Made by a program: the position numbers and the translations under genes. 64,000 bases of DNA. Source: an uncultured delta proteobacterium. Its GTDB lineage: Bacteria > Myxococcota_A > UBA9160 > UBA4427. The notes beneath the pieces were generated by a model. That model worked only from the letters and a program-made list of their open reading frames with translations, did no database searches and was not told the origin of the DNA. Positions 41,135 through 61,801 of the stretch are shown piece by piece (positions within the stretch are counted from its first letter, which is position 1; every line of letters begins with the position of its first letter). Location of the stretch: the NCBI GenBank assembly GCA_963822965.1, contig CAWGJT010000006.1, positions 224,001-288,000 of the forward strand. Reading direction: 5' to 3'.

Positions 41135-42319
41135 CTACTTCGCGGCGTCGAGGGTGTGCTGTAGCCGGTCGACCGCCTCGACGAACTCGTCGATGAACTG
41201 GTAGATCACGTCGGCGGCGCCCACCTCCTGGGTCAGGCGTCCCACGACCTGCCCCACCGGCATGCCCACCAGCTCCCGGGCCCGGGCGCCCTCCTTGCGC
41301 GCGGCCAGGCCGATGCGGGTCTGGGCCTCGGAGCAGGCCATGTACTGGAGCGGCATGGGCAGCGTCCCGGGACATTCGTCCCGCTCCCACGCCTCGGTCC
41401 AGGCGGTTCGCAGCAGCCGGGCCGGCTTGCCCGAGAGCGAGCGCGAGCGCACCGCGTCCTTCGGACGCGCCGCGAAGAGCTTCTCCTTCACCAACGGCGA
41501 GACGTCGGCCTCGCGGACGGTGAGCCAGACCGAGCCCGTCCAGACGCCGGCCGCACCGAGCGCCATGGCGGCGGCGGCCTGGCGACCCGTGGCGATCCCG
41601 CCTGCGCCGAGCACCGGGGTCGGCGCCACCGCCTCGACGATGTCCGGGATCAGGACCATCGAGCCGATCTCGCCCGTGTGGCCGCCAGCCTCGGTTCCCT
41701 GGGCGACGATGATGTCCACGCCCGCCTGCTTCTGGCGCTGGGCGTGCTCCACCGCACCGGTGAGCGCCGCCACCTTCACCCCGTGCGCGTGGGCGAGATC
41801 GATGATGTCCTTGGGCGGCGGCCCGAGGGCGTTCACCAGCAGCTTGACCCGCTCGTGGCGCAGCGCCACCTCGACGTGGTTGCGCCCGCCGCCCTCGGTC
41901 CAGCCGAGGAGCCCCGTCCCACCGCCGCCCACGCCGGCGTCGGCCGATGCGTAGTCGTCCGGGAGCGGCGGCACCTCATACTCCTCGAGCACGCCCTCGA
42001 TCCACTTCTTCGTCTCTTCCGGAATCATGTTCCGGAAGACGCTGGCGTCGACCTCGCCCGTCTCGGCGTCGGCCTTTCCCAGCCCCTGGTCCTTGCCCGC
42101 GTAGCTCATGGGCATGACCGTATCGACACCGTACGGCTTGTCGCCCACGTGCTCGTCGATCCAGCGCAGCTCGACCTCGAGCTGCTCGGGCGAGAACGCG
42201 AGGGCGCCCAGCACCCCGAAGCCACCCGCGTTCGTGACGGCCGCCACCACGTCGCGGCAGTGACTGAAGGCGAAGATCGGAACGTCGATGCCGAAGAGAT
42301 CACAGAGCTCGGTTCGCAT
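41135..42319 (-). CDS. Nitronate monooxygenase / FMN-dependent oxidoreductase family
   Basis: PIFAFSHCRDVVAAV, VAQGTEAGGHTGE, PVLGAGGI, GVWTGSVWL. Confidence 0.88.
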   Translation of the reverse strand: MRTELCDLFGIDVPIFAFSHCRDVVAAVTNAGGFGVLGALAFSPEQLEVELRWIDEHVGDKPYGVDTVMPMSYAGKDQGLGKADAETGEVDASVFRNMIPEETKKWIEGVLEEYEVPPLPDDYASADAGVGGGGTGLLGWTEGGGRNHVEVALRHERVKLLVNALGPPPKDIIDLAHAHGVKVAALTGAVEHAQRQKQAGVDIIVAQGTEAGGHTGEIGSMVLIPDIVEAVAPTPVLGAGGIATGRQAAAAMALGAAGVWTGSVWLTVREADVSPLVKEKLFAARPKDAVRSRSLSGKPARLLRTAWTEAWERDECPGTLPMPLQYMACSEAQTRIGLAARKEGARARELVGMPVGQVVGRLTQEVGAADVIYQFIDEFVEAVDRLQHTLDAAK

Positions 42320-42567
42320 GAGAGCCTCCCGGCGGAGACCCTAGCCCGAAGAGGAGCTTCGCGCGCCGGGGGCGGGAGCGAGCCGAAGGGTCGACTCCGA
42401 CCGTGCCGGCCCGGGTGGACCGCCGCTGCGGGAAGCCCGATCCGGCGCGTGATGCGCCTCAAGCGCTCGGCGCCGGCAGCCGATACGCGCCCCGGGTAGC
42501 AGTCGCTCCAGACCCCGCCGATGCCGTGGGAAGTCGCGGACTTCCCGAACGAGCCAGGAGAATCTCC

Positions 42568-44857
<2,290 letters not shown>

Positions 44858-44868
44858 CTCGGCTCCGT

Positions 44869-44897
44869 TGTGTAGAGGACGGAGCGAACGCCGTCAA
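44869..44897 (-). promoter_or_regulatory. Possible sigma70 promoter of the leu leader
   Basis: TTGACG-N17-TACACA on the minus strand. Confidence 0.5.
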
Positions 44898-44928
44898 GCA
44901 TTCGCCCGTCCGGGCTCGACTCCGGCGC

Positions 44929-45033
44929 TTTCCGCCTCGTTTCAGCCGGCTCTTTCTGCCTCGTTTCAGCCGGCTCTTTCTGCCTCGTTCAGCCGGCTCT
45001 TTCTCTCGTTTAGCCGGCTCTTTCTGCCTCGTT

Positions 45034-45040
<7 letters not shown>
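44929..45040 (-). repeat. ~24-bp tandem repeat (about 4.5 copies) starting at the recG stop
   Basis: Plus-strand unit GGCTCTTTCTGCCTCGTTTCAGCC with small indels. Confidence 0.9.
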
Positions 45041-47547
<2,507 letters not shown>

Positions 47548-47585
47548 GCTTCCGCCTCGAACCGGGACCGCGGCGGCAGCGGGGC

Positions 47586-50821
<3,236 letters not shown>

Positions 50822-50835
<14 letters not shown>

Positions 50836-52051
50836 GCGTCCGCTCCCCGCGCGCGGCTTCGCGTGCGATCTGTGCTCCGGTCACGGTCTCGCCGGCTCGG
50901 TGCCGGGCGACCATCTCGCGAAAGCGGCGGAAGAAGAACGCCGCGTCGTGGGGCCCCGGCGAAGCCTCGGGGTGGTACTGCACCGAGAAGACGGGGCGCT
51001 CTTCGTGGGCGAGCCCTTCCACGGTGTCGTCGTTCAGGTTCACGTGGGTGATGCAGACGGGCTCGCCCGCCGTGCGCAGCGACTCGGCGTTGACCGCATA
51101 GCCGTGGTTCTCGGCGCAGATGGCGACCCGTCCCGTCGCCAGGTCCTTGCCGGGCTGGTTGCCGCCGTGGTGCCCGAACTTGAGCTTCTGGGTGCGCCCG
51201 CCCAGGGCCAGCCCGAGGATCTGGTGCCCCAGACAGATGCCGAAGAGGGGCTTGCGCCGGGACAGCTCGCGCACCGTATCCCGCACGCCCTGCACGGCCT
51301 CGGGATCGCCGGGACCATTGGAGAGGAAGATCGCGTCGGGGTCGAGCGCCAGAGCGTCGACGGCGGACGTGGTGGCAGGCACGACGGTGACGTCGAAGCC
51401 CTGCTCCACCAGCAGCCGCAGGATGTTGCGCTTCACCCCGAAGTCGTAGGCGACCACCCGGAAGGCGGGCGTCGGGCGGGGCGGGCGCGGGCACTGTCCC
51501 TGGATGCCGGGCCAGGCGCCCTCCCGCCACGCGTACGGCGCCTGGCAGGTGACCTCGGCCACCAGGTCCCTGCCTTCGAGGGTGGGAGCGCTGCGCGCGC
51601 GACGGACCAGCTCGTCCTCGTCCTGCACCGCGGGGTCGGTGCTGAGGACGCCCACCTGCGCGCCGTGGTCGCGGATGCGCCGCACCAGCGCCCGGGTGTC
51701 GATGCCGGATAGACCCGGCACACCCGCCTGGGCGAGATAGGCGTCCAGGCCGCCCTCGGCGCGCCAGCTGCTCGGCGTGTCGAGGAGCTCCTTGACCACG
51801 AAGCCCTCGAGAAAGGGACGGGCCGACTCCTCGTCGGTCCGGTTCACGCCCACGTTCCCGATCTGCGTATAGGTCATGGCGACGATCTGCCCGGCATACG
51901 AGGGATCCGTCAGGATCTCCTGATAGCCGGTCATCGACGTATTGAAGACGACCTCGCCAGAGCGGACGGTCGCCGCACCGAAGGCCAGGCCCCGGTACAC
52001 CGTGCCGTCCGCCAGCACCAGCCGCGCGGTCCTCGGCGTGGCGACGCTCAC
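50822..52051 (-). CDS. carA: Carbamoyl-phosphate synthase small subunit
   Basis: [51 protein letters not shown]. Confidence 0.95.
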
Positions 52052-53344
52052 GGCAACAGCACCCCCCGGTCGCAGTGGAAGACCAGATGACCGGCCACCA
52101 CGGTGGCCACCACCCGTCCCGTCAGCTCGTGGCCCGCCCAGGGCGAGTTCCGGCTCTTCGAGTAGCCCTTGGCCGGGTCGTAGGTCCACCGCCGCGTCGG
52201 GGTCGAGCACGACGACGTCGCCCGGGCTCCCGACGGCCAGGCTGCCGCCCGGCAGGCTCATCACCCGGTGCGCGTTGGTGGAGAGCCGCCGCATCAGCTC
52301 CAGGGGCGAGAGCTCGCCCTCCCGCACCAGGTCCATCACCACCGCGTAGGCGGTCTCGAAGCCCAGGATTCCCGGCGGCGCCGCGGTGAACTCGACCTCC
52401 TTCTCGTGCACGGCGTGGGGCGCGTGATCGGTGGCGATCACGTCGATCACCCCCTCGACGAGCGCCCGGCGACAGGCCGCGACGTCGCTCGCGGAGCGCA
52501 GGGGCGGCGCCATCTTCGTGTTCGTGTCGTAGCCGAGGGTGGCCTCGTCCGTGAGCGTCAGGTGGTGGGGCGTCACCTCGGCGGTGACCGAGAGGCCCTC
52601 CTCGCGCGCGCGCCGCACGAGCTCCACCGCGCCCGCGGACGAGACGTGCGCCACGTGCAGGCGGGCGCCCGTCCGCTTCGTCAGCATCAGGTCCCGGGCG
52701 ACGAGGATGTCCTCGGCCAGGCACGGGTTGCCGGGCAGCCCCAGGCGCGTGGAGACGGGTCCCTCGTTGACCACGCCGTCTCCCCGTAGCGCGCAGTCCT
52801 CGGCGTGCACCACCACCGGCACGTCGACCAGCTTCGAGTACTCGAGCACCCGGCGCATGGTGCCGGCGTCCGAGATCGTCTTTCCGTCGTCGCTGAAGGC
52901 CACGGCGCCCGCCTCCCGCAGCGCCACCATCTCGGTCATCACCTCGCCCCGCAGCCCGATGGTGGCCGCGGCGATGGGATAGACGCGCGCCGGCGAGTCG
53001 GTCTTCGCCCGGTTCAGGATGTACTCGGTGACGGCCGGGTCGTCGTTGACGGGCTGTGTGTTGGCCATGCAGACGACCGAGGTGAAGCCGCCGGCGACCG
53101 CCGCCCGGCCGCCGGATCCGAGATCCTCCTTGTACTCCTGGCCCGGCTCCCGCAGGTGTGTGTGCAGATCGATGAAGCCCGGCGCCACCCAGCACTCCCG
53201 GGCGTCGAGCATCTCCGCCCCGCGCGCGTCGAGGTCGGACCCGATCGCGGAGATGCGACCGTCCTCGACGAGCACGTCGGCGTTCTGGTCGAGGTCGACG
53301 GCCGGGTCCAACACCCGCCCGCCGCGGATCAACAGTCTGGCCAA
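52048..53344 (-). CDS. pyrC: Dihydroorotase (frameshift ~52190)
   Basis: [33 protein letters not shown]; shifted C-terminus [13 protein letters not shown] ends at TGA overlapping the carA GTG. Confidence 0.93.
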
Positions 53345-53351
53345 GGGACGA

Positions 53352-54347
53352 TTACTCCTGTTCCTGGCGGGTGCCGGCAGCCGGCTCCATCCGAGCCGCC
53401 CGCAGGCCTTCGGCCAGGCGCGCATCGCGCTGGATGCTTCGGCCGGAGAGCAGATAGAGCAGCGCCATGCGGAGCGCGACGCCGTTGCGAACCTGGTCGA
53501 GGATGACGCTCGGCCGGTGGTCGGCCAGGTCGTGGGAGAGCTCGACGCCCCGGTTCACGGGCCCGGGATGCATCACGATGGCGTCGTCCTTGGCGTAGCG
53601 CAGCTTCGCGCGGTCGATGCCGAAGGTCGCCGCGTACTCGCGCACGCTGGGGAAGCAGGCTCCCTCCAGGCGCTCCATCTGGATCCGCAGGGCCATCACC
53701 ACGTCGGCGCCGTCGAGGGCCTCGCGCAGGGACGTGTACGCCTTGACCCCCAGCACCTCGACGTCCGCCGGCAGCATCGTCGGCGGGCCCGCGACGCGCA
53801 CCTCGGCGCCCATCTTGGAGAAGCCGTAGATGTTCGACCGCGCCACCCGCGAGTGCGCGATGTCGCCCACGATCGCCACCGTGAGGCCGTCGATGCGCTC
53901 CTTCTGCTGGAACACGGTCAGCATGTCGAGAAGCGCCTGGGTGGGATGCTCGTGGGCGCCGTCTCCGGCGTTGATCACGGGCGCGTCCAGCACGTCGGCG
54001 ATGCGCTTCGGCACGCCGGCCACGGCGTGACGGACGACCACGCAGTCCGGGTCCATGGCGTCCAGGGTCTTGGCGGTGTCGAGGATGCTCTCGTTCTTGG
54101 AGAGGCTCGACGAGGAGGCCGAGAAGTTCACCACGTCCGCCGCCAGCCGCTTGCCCGCGATCTCGAAGCTCGTCTGGGTGCGCGTCGAGGGCTCGAAGAA
54201 GAGGTTCACGACGGTGCGGCCGCGCAGGGTCGGCACCTTCTTCACGTCGCGGGTCCCGATCTCGGTCATGCGCTGGGCGGCCTCGAGGATCCGCTCGATC
54301 TCCGGCCGGCCGAGGTCCTCGATTCCCAGCAGATCCTGTCCGACCAC
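53352..54347 (-). CDS. pyrB: Aspartate carbamoyltransferase catalytic subunit
   Basis: [42 protein letters not shown]. Confidence 0.96.
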   Translation of the reverse strand: MVGQDLLGIEDLGRPEIERILEAAQRMTEIGTRDVKKVPTLRGRTVVNLFFEPSTRTQTSFEIAGKRLAADVVNFSASSSSLSKNESILDTAKTLDAMDPDCVVVRHAVAGVPKRIADVLDAPVINAGDGAHEHPTQALLDMLTVFQQKERIDGLTVAIVGDIAHSRVARSNIYGFSKMGAEVRVAGPPTMLPADVEVLGVKAYTSLREALDGADVVMALRIQMERLEGACFPSVREYAATFGIDRAKLRYAKDDAIVMHPGPVNRGVELSHDLADHRPSVILDQVRNGVALRMALLYLLSGRSIQRDARLAEGLRAARMEPAAGTRQEQE

Positions 54348-54348
54348 G

Positions 54349-55074
54349 TCAGCGCTCCCCTGCCGCGGCGGCGCCCGCGGCCGCCCGATCCCGCCGCTTG
54401 CCGCGCGCCTCGAGGACCACCTCGAGGGGGCCCGCCAGCCCGCCGTCCTGTCCCTGGAGCACCACCGCCTCGCCCGGCTGGGTGGGGATGTTCTTGCCCA
54501 CGTAGTCGATCTTGATGGGAAGCTCGCGGTGACCGCGGTCCACGAGCGCCACCACCTGCACCGCGCGCGGGCGGCCGAAGTCCATCAGGGCGTCCATGGC
54601 CGCGCGGATCGTGCGTCCGGTGTTCACCACGTCCTCGACGAGGACGACCACGCGGTCGTCCACCGACGACGGCATCTCGGTGACGCGCAGAGGCGGACGC
54701 TCGGCGGTCAGCATCACGTCGTCCCGGTAGAGGGTGGTGTCGAGGATCCCGAGGGGCACGCGGGTGGACGAGAGCTTCTCGAGGTTCTCGACCAGCATCC
54801 GCCCCAGGGGCACACCGCCGTTCGGAATCGCCACCAGGTAGAGAGCGGCGAGCTCGTCGTCGTTGCGCTCCACGATCTCGTGGGCGATGCGCATGAGGGC
54901 GCGGCGGATGGCGACGTCGTCGAGGATGCGCCGGGCCTCGGAAGAAGCCTCGGCTGCGTCGGCGCTGCTGGAGACGGCGTTTCCCCCGGAGCCGGCATTC
55001 CCCTTCTCTTCGGAAGAGCTGGGTGCGGCTTCTCGGTCGGCGTGCTTGGGCGGGGTGGGCTTGGGGGGCGTCAC
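54349..55074 (-). CDS. pyrR: Pyrimidine operon regulator / UPRTase PyrR
   Basis: RIAHEIVERN, LDTTLYRDD, VLVEDVVNTGRTIRAAMDAL, DRGHRELPIKIDYVGKN. Confidence 0.93.
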   Translation of the reverse strand: MTPPKPTPPKHADREAAPSSSEEKGNAGSGGNAVSSSADAAEASSEARRILDDVAIRRALMRIAHEIVERNDDELAALYLVAIPNGGVPLGRMLVENLEKLSSTRVPLGILDTTLYRDDVMLTAERPPLRVTEMPSSVDDRVVVLVEDVVNTGRTIRAAMDALMDFGRPRAVQVVALVDRGHRELPIKIDYVGKNIPTQPGEAVVLQGQDGGLAGPLEVVLEARGKRRDRAAAGAAAAGER

Positions 55075-55080
55075 TGCGCA

Positions 55081-55113
55081 CCTTTTTCCGTCTCACGGGA
55101 CAGAGTTAAAAGG
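55081..55113 (-). promoter_or_regulatory. PyrR-binding RNA stem-loop overlapping the pyrR RBS
   Basis: Minus strand CCTTTTAA-CTCTGTCCCGTGAGACGGA-AAAAGG, resembling the PyrR binding-loop consensus. Confidence 0.75.
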
Positions 55114-55134
55114 TCCGGCCTTTCGACCGGGGGC

Positions 55135-55162
55135 AGCATAACGCGTGTGGAGGGCGCGTCAA
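55135..55162 (-). promoter_or_regulatory. Sigma70 promoter of the pyr operon
   Basis: TTGACG-N16-TATGCT. Confidence 0.65.
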
Positions 55163-55194
55163 TCGCGATCGCCGCGCGCCGGCAGGCGCGGGCC

Positions 55195-56081
55195 TCAACC
55201 GTCGTGTTGGTCGGGCGAACGCGCGGCGGGCACGCCGGCCACACCGACGTCCGCCAGGCTCTCGTCGGGAGACGCGCAGCGCACCCGGCTGCCGATGCGG
55301 CTCCATCGCTTCTCGGCCGACCACCAGTTCACCGGATTCAGGAACTGCAGGAAGTTGCCGTTCACGTCCCAGGACCAGTAGAGCAGGAACGCCGGCCCCT
55401 GCATCTCCTCGAAGCGAACGGTTCCCCACACGCGGCTGTCGTTCGAGTGATCGCGGTTGTCGCCCATCATGAAGTAGCGCCCAGGCGGCACCGTGAGCAG
55501 GGCCTGGCGGGGTCCCGGGAGACGGGGGTCGGCGAGCACGGCGTGATCGCAGCCGTTCAGGTGCTCGCGCTGGATCTCGAGATCGTGCCCCTCCTCGTCC
55601 ACGAAGAGCTCGTGGGTGTCCACCTCCTCGACGCGCTCGTCGTTCACGTAGAGCCGCTCGCCCCGTACCTCGATGCGATCTCCGGGAAGGCCGACGACTC
55701 GCTTCACGAAGTCGTCCCGGGGCAGATCGGGGCGCTGGTCGGCCGGGTAGATGTGCTGGAGGCCCCGATCGTCGCTGCGCGCGACTGCGAACACCACCAC
55801 GTCGCCCCGCTCCGGCTTGCGCCAGCCCGGCAGGCGGATCTCGGTGAAGGGAATCCTCGGACCGTAGACCAGCTTGTTGACGAAGAGATGGTCCCCGATC
55901 AGCAGCGTCGGCAGCATCGACTCCGAAGGGATGCGGAACGGCTCCACCAGGAAGATCCGGATCCCCAGCGCGATCACCACCGCGAGGACGATGGTGCTCA
56001 CCTGCTCCCACAGCCGCGCGAGCGGGCCGGCGGCGCCCGCGGCCGGTTCGTCCCCGCCCGCCCCTTCCCGATTCGGTTCGC

Positions 56082-56085
<4 letters not shown>
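55195..56085 (-). CDS. lepB: Signal peptidase I
   Basis: [37 protein letters not shown]. Confidence 0.95.
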
Positions 56086-57886
<1,801 letters not shown>

Positions 57887-57890
<4 letters not shown>

Positions 57891-58867
57891 CGGGGACTCC
57901 CGGCGGCGAGCGCTTCGGGATCGCTGTGCTCGAGGGTCACCCGAAGATCGGCCGAGGCCAGATAGGCGGCGAGCGCTTCGCGCCAGCTGCGCAGGCGCAC
58001 CCCCAGCGCCGCGGCGCGCTCGCACGCGAGCACCGAGTAGGCCGGGCGTGGTGCGGGCGCGCCGATGTCGGCGGTGGTGACCCGGTCGATCGCCAGGTCG
58101 CCGTAGCCCCCGGCGTCGAGGATCGCGCGGGCGAAGTCCCACCAGGTGGGCGCGTCGGGGTCTCCCGGATCCGGGGCGTTGGACAGATGGTAGATGCCGC
58201 CCTGCCCGCGGCCCGGGGCCGTGGCGGTGGCGAGCCCGCGGATCCCGGCGGCCAGGTCGGCGGCGTAGGTCGGACATCCGCGCTGGTCGTCCACCACGCG
58301 CAAGGGCCCCTGCAGCTCGCCGGTCCGACGCAGCCGTCCCTGACGCAGGATCGCCCCCACGAAGTTCTTCCCCGGGCCGAAGACCCAGCTCGTGCGGACC
58401 ACGAGCGAATCGGGCGAGGCTTCCCGCACCTGCGTCTCCCCGAGCAGCTTGCTGCTTCCGTACGACGTTCGCGGCGCCGGGCTGGCATCCTCGGGGATCG
58501 GCACCGTGCCGTCACCGTCGAGCACGTAGTCCGTCGACACGTGGACGAGCCGGGCGCCCACCCCTTCGCAGGCGCGTGCGAGAAGGCCGGGCCCGTCGCC
58601 GTTCACCCGGAAGGCCGCCTCCCGGCCGTCGCTCTCGCAGCGGTCCACCTGATTGTAGGCCGCCGCGTTGACGAGCACGTCGGGGGCACCGCCCGGCAGC
58701 TGGTCCAGGGCCCGCGCCACCGACTCCGGGTCGGCGATGTCCAGCTCCGCATGCGAGAAGGCGCCCAACAGCGTGTCTCCGGCCGCCGTCGCGGGCTCCG
58801 TGAGCGCGCGCACCAGGCAGCGTCCGAGCTGCCCGCGGGATCCCGTGACCATGTAGCGAAGTCCCAT
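57887..58867 (-). CDS. rfbD: dTDP-4-dehydrorhamnose reductase
   Basis: [45 protein letters not shown]. Confidence 0.9.
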
Positions 58868-58924
58868 GCCGACTCGAAGCGACCGGGGCTCGAACGCTCG
58901 CCCGTAGCGAGTGCCGCGCCTCGC

Positions 58925-59536
58925 TCACCCTCCTCCTTCGGTCAGCACCCAGGTCGGAAGACGCTCCTCCGACTTGAGACGCGACGCCAGCGCCTCGGCT
59001 TCGCCCCGGCTCGGCACGGGACCGACGCGCACGCGCCAGCGTCCGTCCCCGCTCGCCTCGCTGGGGATCACGTAGGCGTCGAAGCCCCGGCCGCGCAGCT
59101 TCCGGAGCATGCCCTGGGCGGCGTCGCCGTCCGCGAAGGCCCCCACCTGCACCGCGAAGCCGCTCCGCACCGCCGAGGGCGCGGCCTTCGGCCTGGCGTC
59201 GACCTCCCGTGGCGGGGCCTCCGCACGACGCGCCGGCGGCGGCGCCGCGACCGGCGGAAGCTCGGCCGCCCGGGCCGACTCCCGGCGTGCGGGCTGTGGG
59301 CGCGCGGCGGCCACGGTCTCGGCCTCCCGGGCGGCGTCGCCGGCTTCGGGCGCCACGGCGTCGGCCGCGACCTCGGGCGTCCAGGGAACCTCCTCGCTGC
59401 GGCCCACCAGGTGCCCGACCACGAGCTCGGGCTCCTCGGAGACCACCCCGGCCACGAGCCCCAGCCCGAAGCCTCCCGCGATCAACACCGCGGCTCCCAG
59501 CAGGCTGGCGAACCAGCCCGGCTCTGCGTCTCGCAT
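58925..59536 (-). CDS. SPOR-domain cell division protein
   Basis: N-terminal TM, Pro/Ala linker, FAVQVGAF..WRVRVGP. Confidence 0.88.
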   Translation of the reverse strand: MRDAEPGWFASLLGAAVLIAGGFGLGLVAGVVSEEPELVVGHLVGRSEEVPWTPEVAADAVAPEAGDAAREAETVAAARPQPARRESARAAELPPVAAPPPARRAEAPPREVDARPKAAPSAVRSGFAVQVGAFADGDAAQGMLRKLRGRGFDAYVIPSEASGDGRWRVRVGPVPSRGEAEALASRLKSEERLPTWVLTEGGG

Positions 59537-59580
59537 CCTCCCCCCTCCCGATGCTCGTCCGTTCACTGCTCGCGCGGCGC

Positions 59581-61326
59581 TCACATCTGCTCCGGCGCCG
59601 AGAGTCCCAGCAGCCAGAGGCCGTTGGCGAGGACCACCTGCACCGCGCCCATCAGCGCGAGGCGGGCGGCCGTGAGCACCGCGTCGTCCGACACGACGCG
59701 GTGACGCTTCCCGTCCTGCACGTAGGGATTGAAGATCCCCGCGAGCTCGCGCAGGTAGTAGGCGACGTGGTGGGGAGCCCGGGCTTCCGCGGCGCGCGTC
59801 ACCAGCTCGGGGAATTCCCCGAGCTTCTTGATCAGCTCGATCTCCTCGGGCAGCGCCAGGCGCCCGGCGTCGAAGGCGTCGGGCCCCGGCATCTCGAAGC
59901 CCTCCTCCCGCGCCTTGCGCATGATGCCGTGGGTGCGCGCGTAGGCGTACTGGACGTAGTAGGCGGGGTTCTTGCGCCAGTTTCGGTCCTTGGCGAGATC
60001 GAGGTCGAAGTCCAGGTGACCGTCCGCCTTGCGTTCCACCATGAAGAAGCGGAACACGTCCGCCCCCACCTCTTCGACGAGCTCGTCGACGGTGAGGAAG
60101 TTCGCACGACGGGTGGACTGCTTGACCTTCTCGCCGCCGCTCGTGATCGTCACGAACTGGTGGAGCACGAGCTCGACCCGCTCGGGATCGAAGCCCAGCA
60201 CCCCCATGGCGACCCGAACGAACGGAAACTGCTCGATGTGGTCGGCGCCCTGGACGTCGATGATCGCCTCGAAGCCGCGACGGTACTTCTCGCGGTGATA
60301 GGCGATGTCCGGCAGCAGATAGGTGGGCTCCCCGTTGCTGCGGACGACCACCCGGTCCCGGTCGAGACCGAGTGCAGTGGCTCGGAACCAGACCGCTCCC
60401 TCGGCTTCGTAGATGGAGCCCGCGGCGCGCAGGTCCTCCAGCACCGCGTCGAGCTGGCCGCCGTCGTAGAGCGACTTCTCGTTGAAGTAGACGTCGAAGC
60501 GGATGCCCAGGGAGTCCAGAGTGGCGCGGATCTCGCCGAAGATCGCCTCCTTCGCGGCGTCGAGGAAGACGCCCAGGGCCGGCTCGTCGCCCAGCGCGTC
60601 GCCCCGCCGGCGACGGAGGTCGACCGCGATGTCCCGCACGTACTCGCCCCGGTACCCGTCCCGGGGAAACACCACCGGGAGTCCGTCCACCTCCTCCACC
60701 CAGGCGTTCTCGGGATCGGCGAGCGCCGCTTCCGGCGGCGGCGCGGCCCGCTCCAGCGATTCCAGATAGCGCGCCTTCACCGACTCGCCGAGCACCCGCA
60801 TCTGGCGGCCGCCGTCGTTGAAGTAGTACTCCCGGGTGACCTTCCAGCCCGTGAGCTCGAGCAGCCGCGCGATGCAGTCGCCCAGCACGCCCTGGCGCCC
60901 GTGGCCGGTGGACAGCGGGCCGGTGGGGTTCGCGGAGACGAACTCCACCTGCACCGAGCGCTGCTTGCCGGCGTCGGAGCTGCCGTAGCGCGGGCCCACC
61001 TCCAGGATGCCGCGCAGCACGTCCTGCCAGCGGTCCTCGGCGAGCCAGACGTTCACGAAGCCCGGGCCCGCCACCTCCGCGCGGGCCACGAGACCGCCGG
61101 CATGCCCGAGCCGAGCCACCAGGTCGGCGGCGATCTCGCGCGGCGGGCGGCGCAGCTGCTTGGCGAGGTGCATGGCGACGTTGCACGCGAAGTCGCCGTG
61201 CTCCTTCTGGCGGGGAACCTCGAGGACGATCTCCGGCAGCGGGGTGGCCGCATCGCCGGCCTCCGCGAGCAGGTCGCGCAGCGCCCTCTCGACCTCCTCG
61301 GTCAGCTTGTCTCGAACGTCGCTCAT
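59581..61326 (-). CDS. argS: Arginine--tRNA ligase
   Basis: HGDFACN, GPGFVN, VEFVSANPTGPLSTGHGR, EYYFNDGG, GADH, NPAYYVQYAYAR, APEQM. Confidence 0.96.
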   Translation of the reverse strand: MSDVRDKLTEEVERALRDLLAEAGDAATPLPEIVLEVPRQKEHGDFACNVAMHLAKQLRRPPREIAADLVARLGHAGGLVARAEVAGPGFVNVWLAEDRWQDVLRGILEVGPRYGSSDAGKQRSVQVEFVSANPTGPLSTGHGRQGVLGDCIARLLELTGWKVTREYYFNDGGRQMRVLGESVKARYLESLERAAPPPEAALADPENAWVEEVDGLPVVFPRDGYRGEYVRDIAVDLRRRRGDALGDEPALGVFLDAAKEAIFGEIRATLDSLGIRFDVYFNEKSLYDGGQLDAVLEDLRAAGSIYEAEGAVWFRATALGLDRDRVVVRSNGEPTYLLPDIAYHREKYRRGFEAIIDVQGADHIEQFPFVRVAMGVLGFDPERVELVLHQFVTITSGGEKVKQSTRRANFLTVDELVEEVGADVFRFFMVERKADGHLDFDLDLAKDRNWRKNPAYYVQYAYARTHGIMRKAREEGFEMPGPDAFDAGRLALPEEIELIKKLGEFPELVTRAAEARAPHHVAYYLRELAGIFNPYVQDGKRHRVVSDDAVLTAARLALMGAVQVVLANGLWLLGLSAPEQM

Positions 61327-61386
61327 CGGCGCTTCCCGCTGCCTTCTCGTGGTGACTCGTGCTCGCTCGGGGGGATGGCTCGCGGG

Positions 61387-61677
61387 CTACCGGTCGTGCC
61401 CGCTGCGCCGGTCGAAGCGGACGACGATCTCGCCCGGCCGCGCCAGCTCCAGGTCTTCCCGGATCGCCCGCTCCAGCGCGAAGGGCTCGCTCTCCAGGGC
61501 TTCGATCTGCTCGCGCAGCGCCTCGGTCTCCCGGTTCAGGCCCTCGACCCGGGTGGCCGCCTGCGCCACGTCGTCCCGCAGACGGAACCACATGGGGATC
61601 CCGGAGCTGCCGTCCGCCAGGGCGATGCCGGCGACGGCGGCCAGCAAGAGGGGCACCAGCCAGGTGGTCCTCACCAC
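61387..61677 (-). CDS. ftsB: Septum formation initiator (FtsB/DivIC family)
   Basis: TM, coiled coil (LNRETEALREQIEAL), LERAIREDLELARPGE. Confidence 0.82.
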   Translation of the reverse strand: MVRTTWLVPLLLAAVAGIALADGSSGIPMWFRLRDDVAQAATRVEGLNRETEALREQIEALESEPFALERAIREDLELARPGEIVVRFDRRSGHDR

Positions 61678-61801
61678 TCCCCCCCCTCCCCCGTCCGGCC
61701 GATCCGGCTGCGTAGAGTACCGAAATCAAAAGCGTTCGGGAGGGTGCGCGGCGGGCGTTCGGGACGGTATGCGGCGGAAGGACCCCGGCGCGAGGAGCGA
61801 C

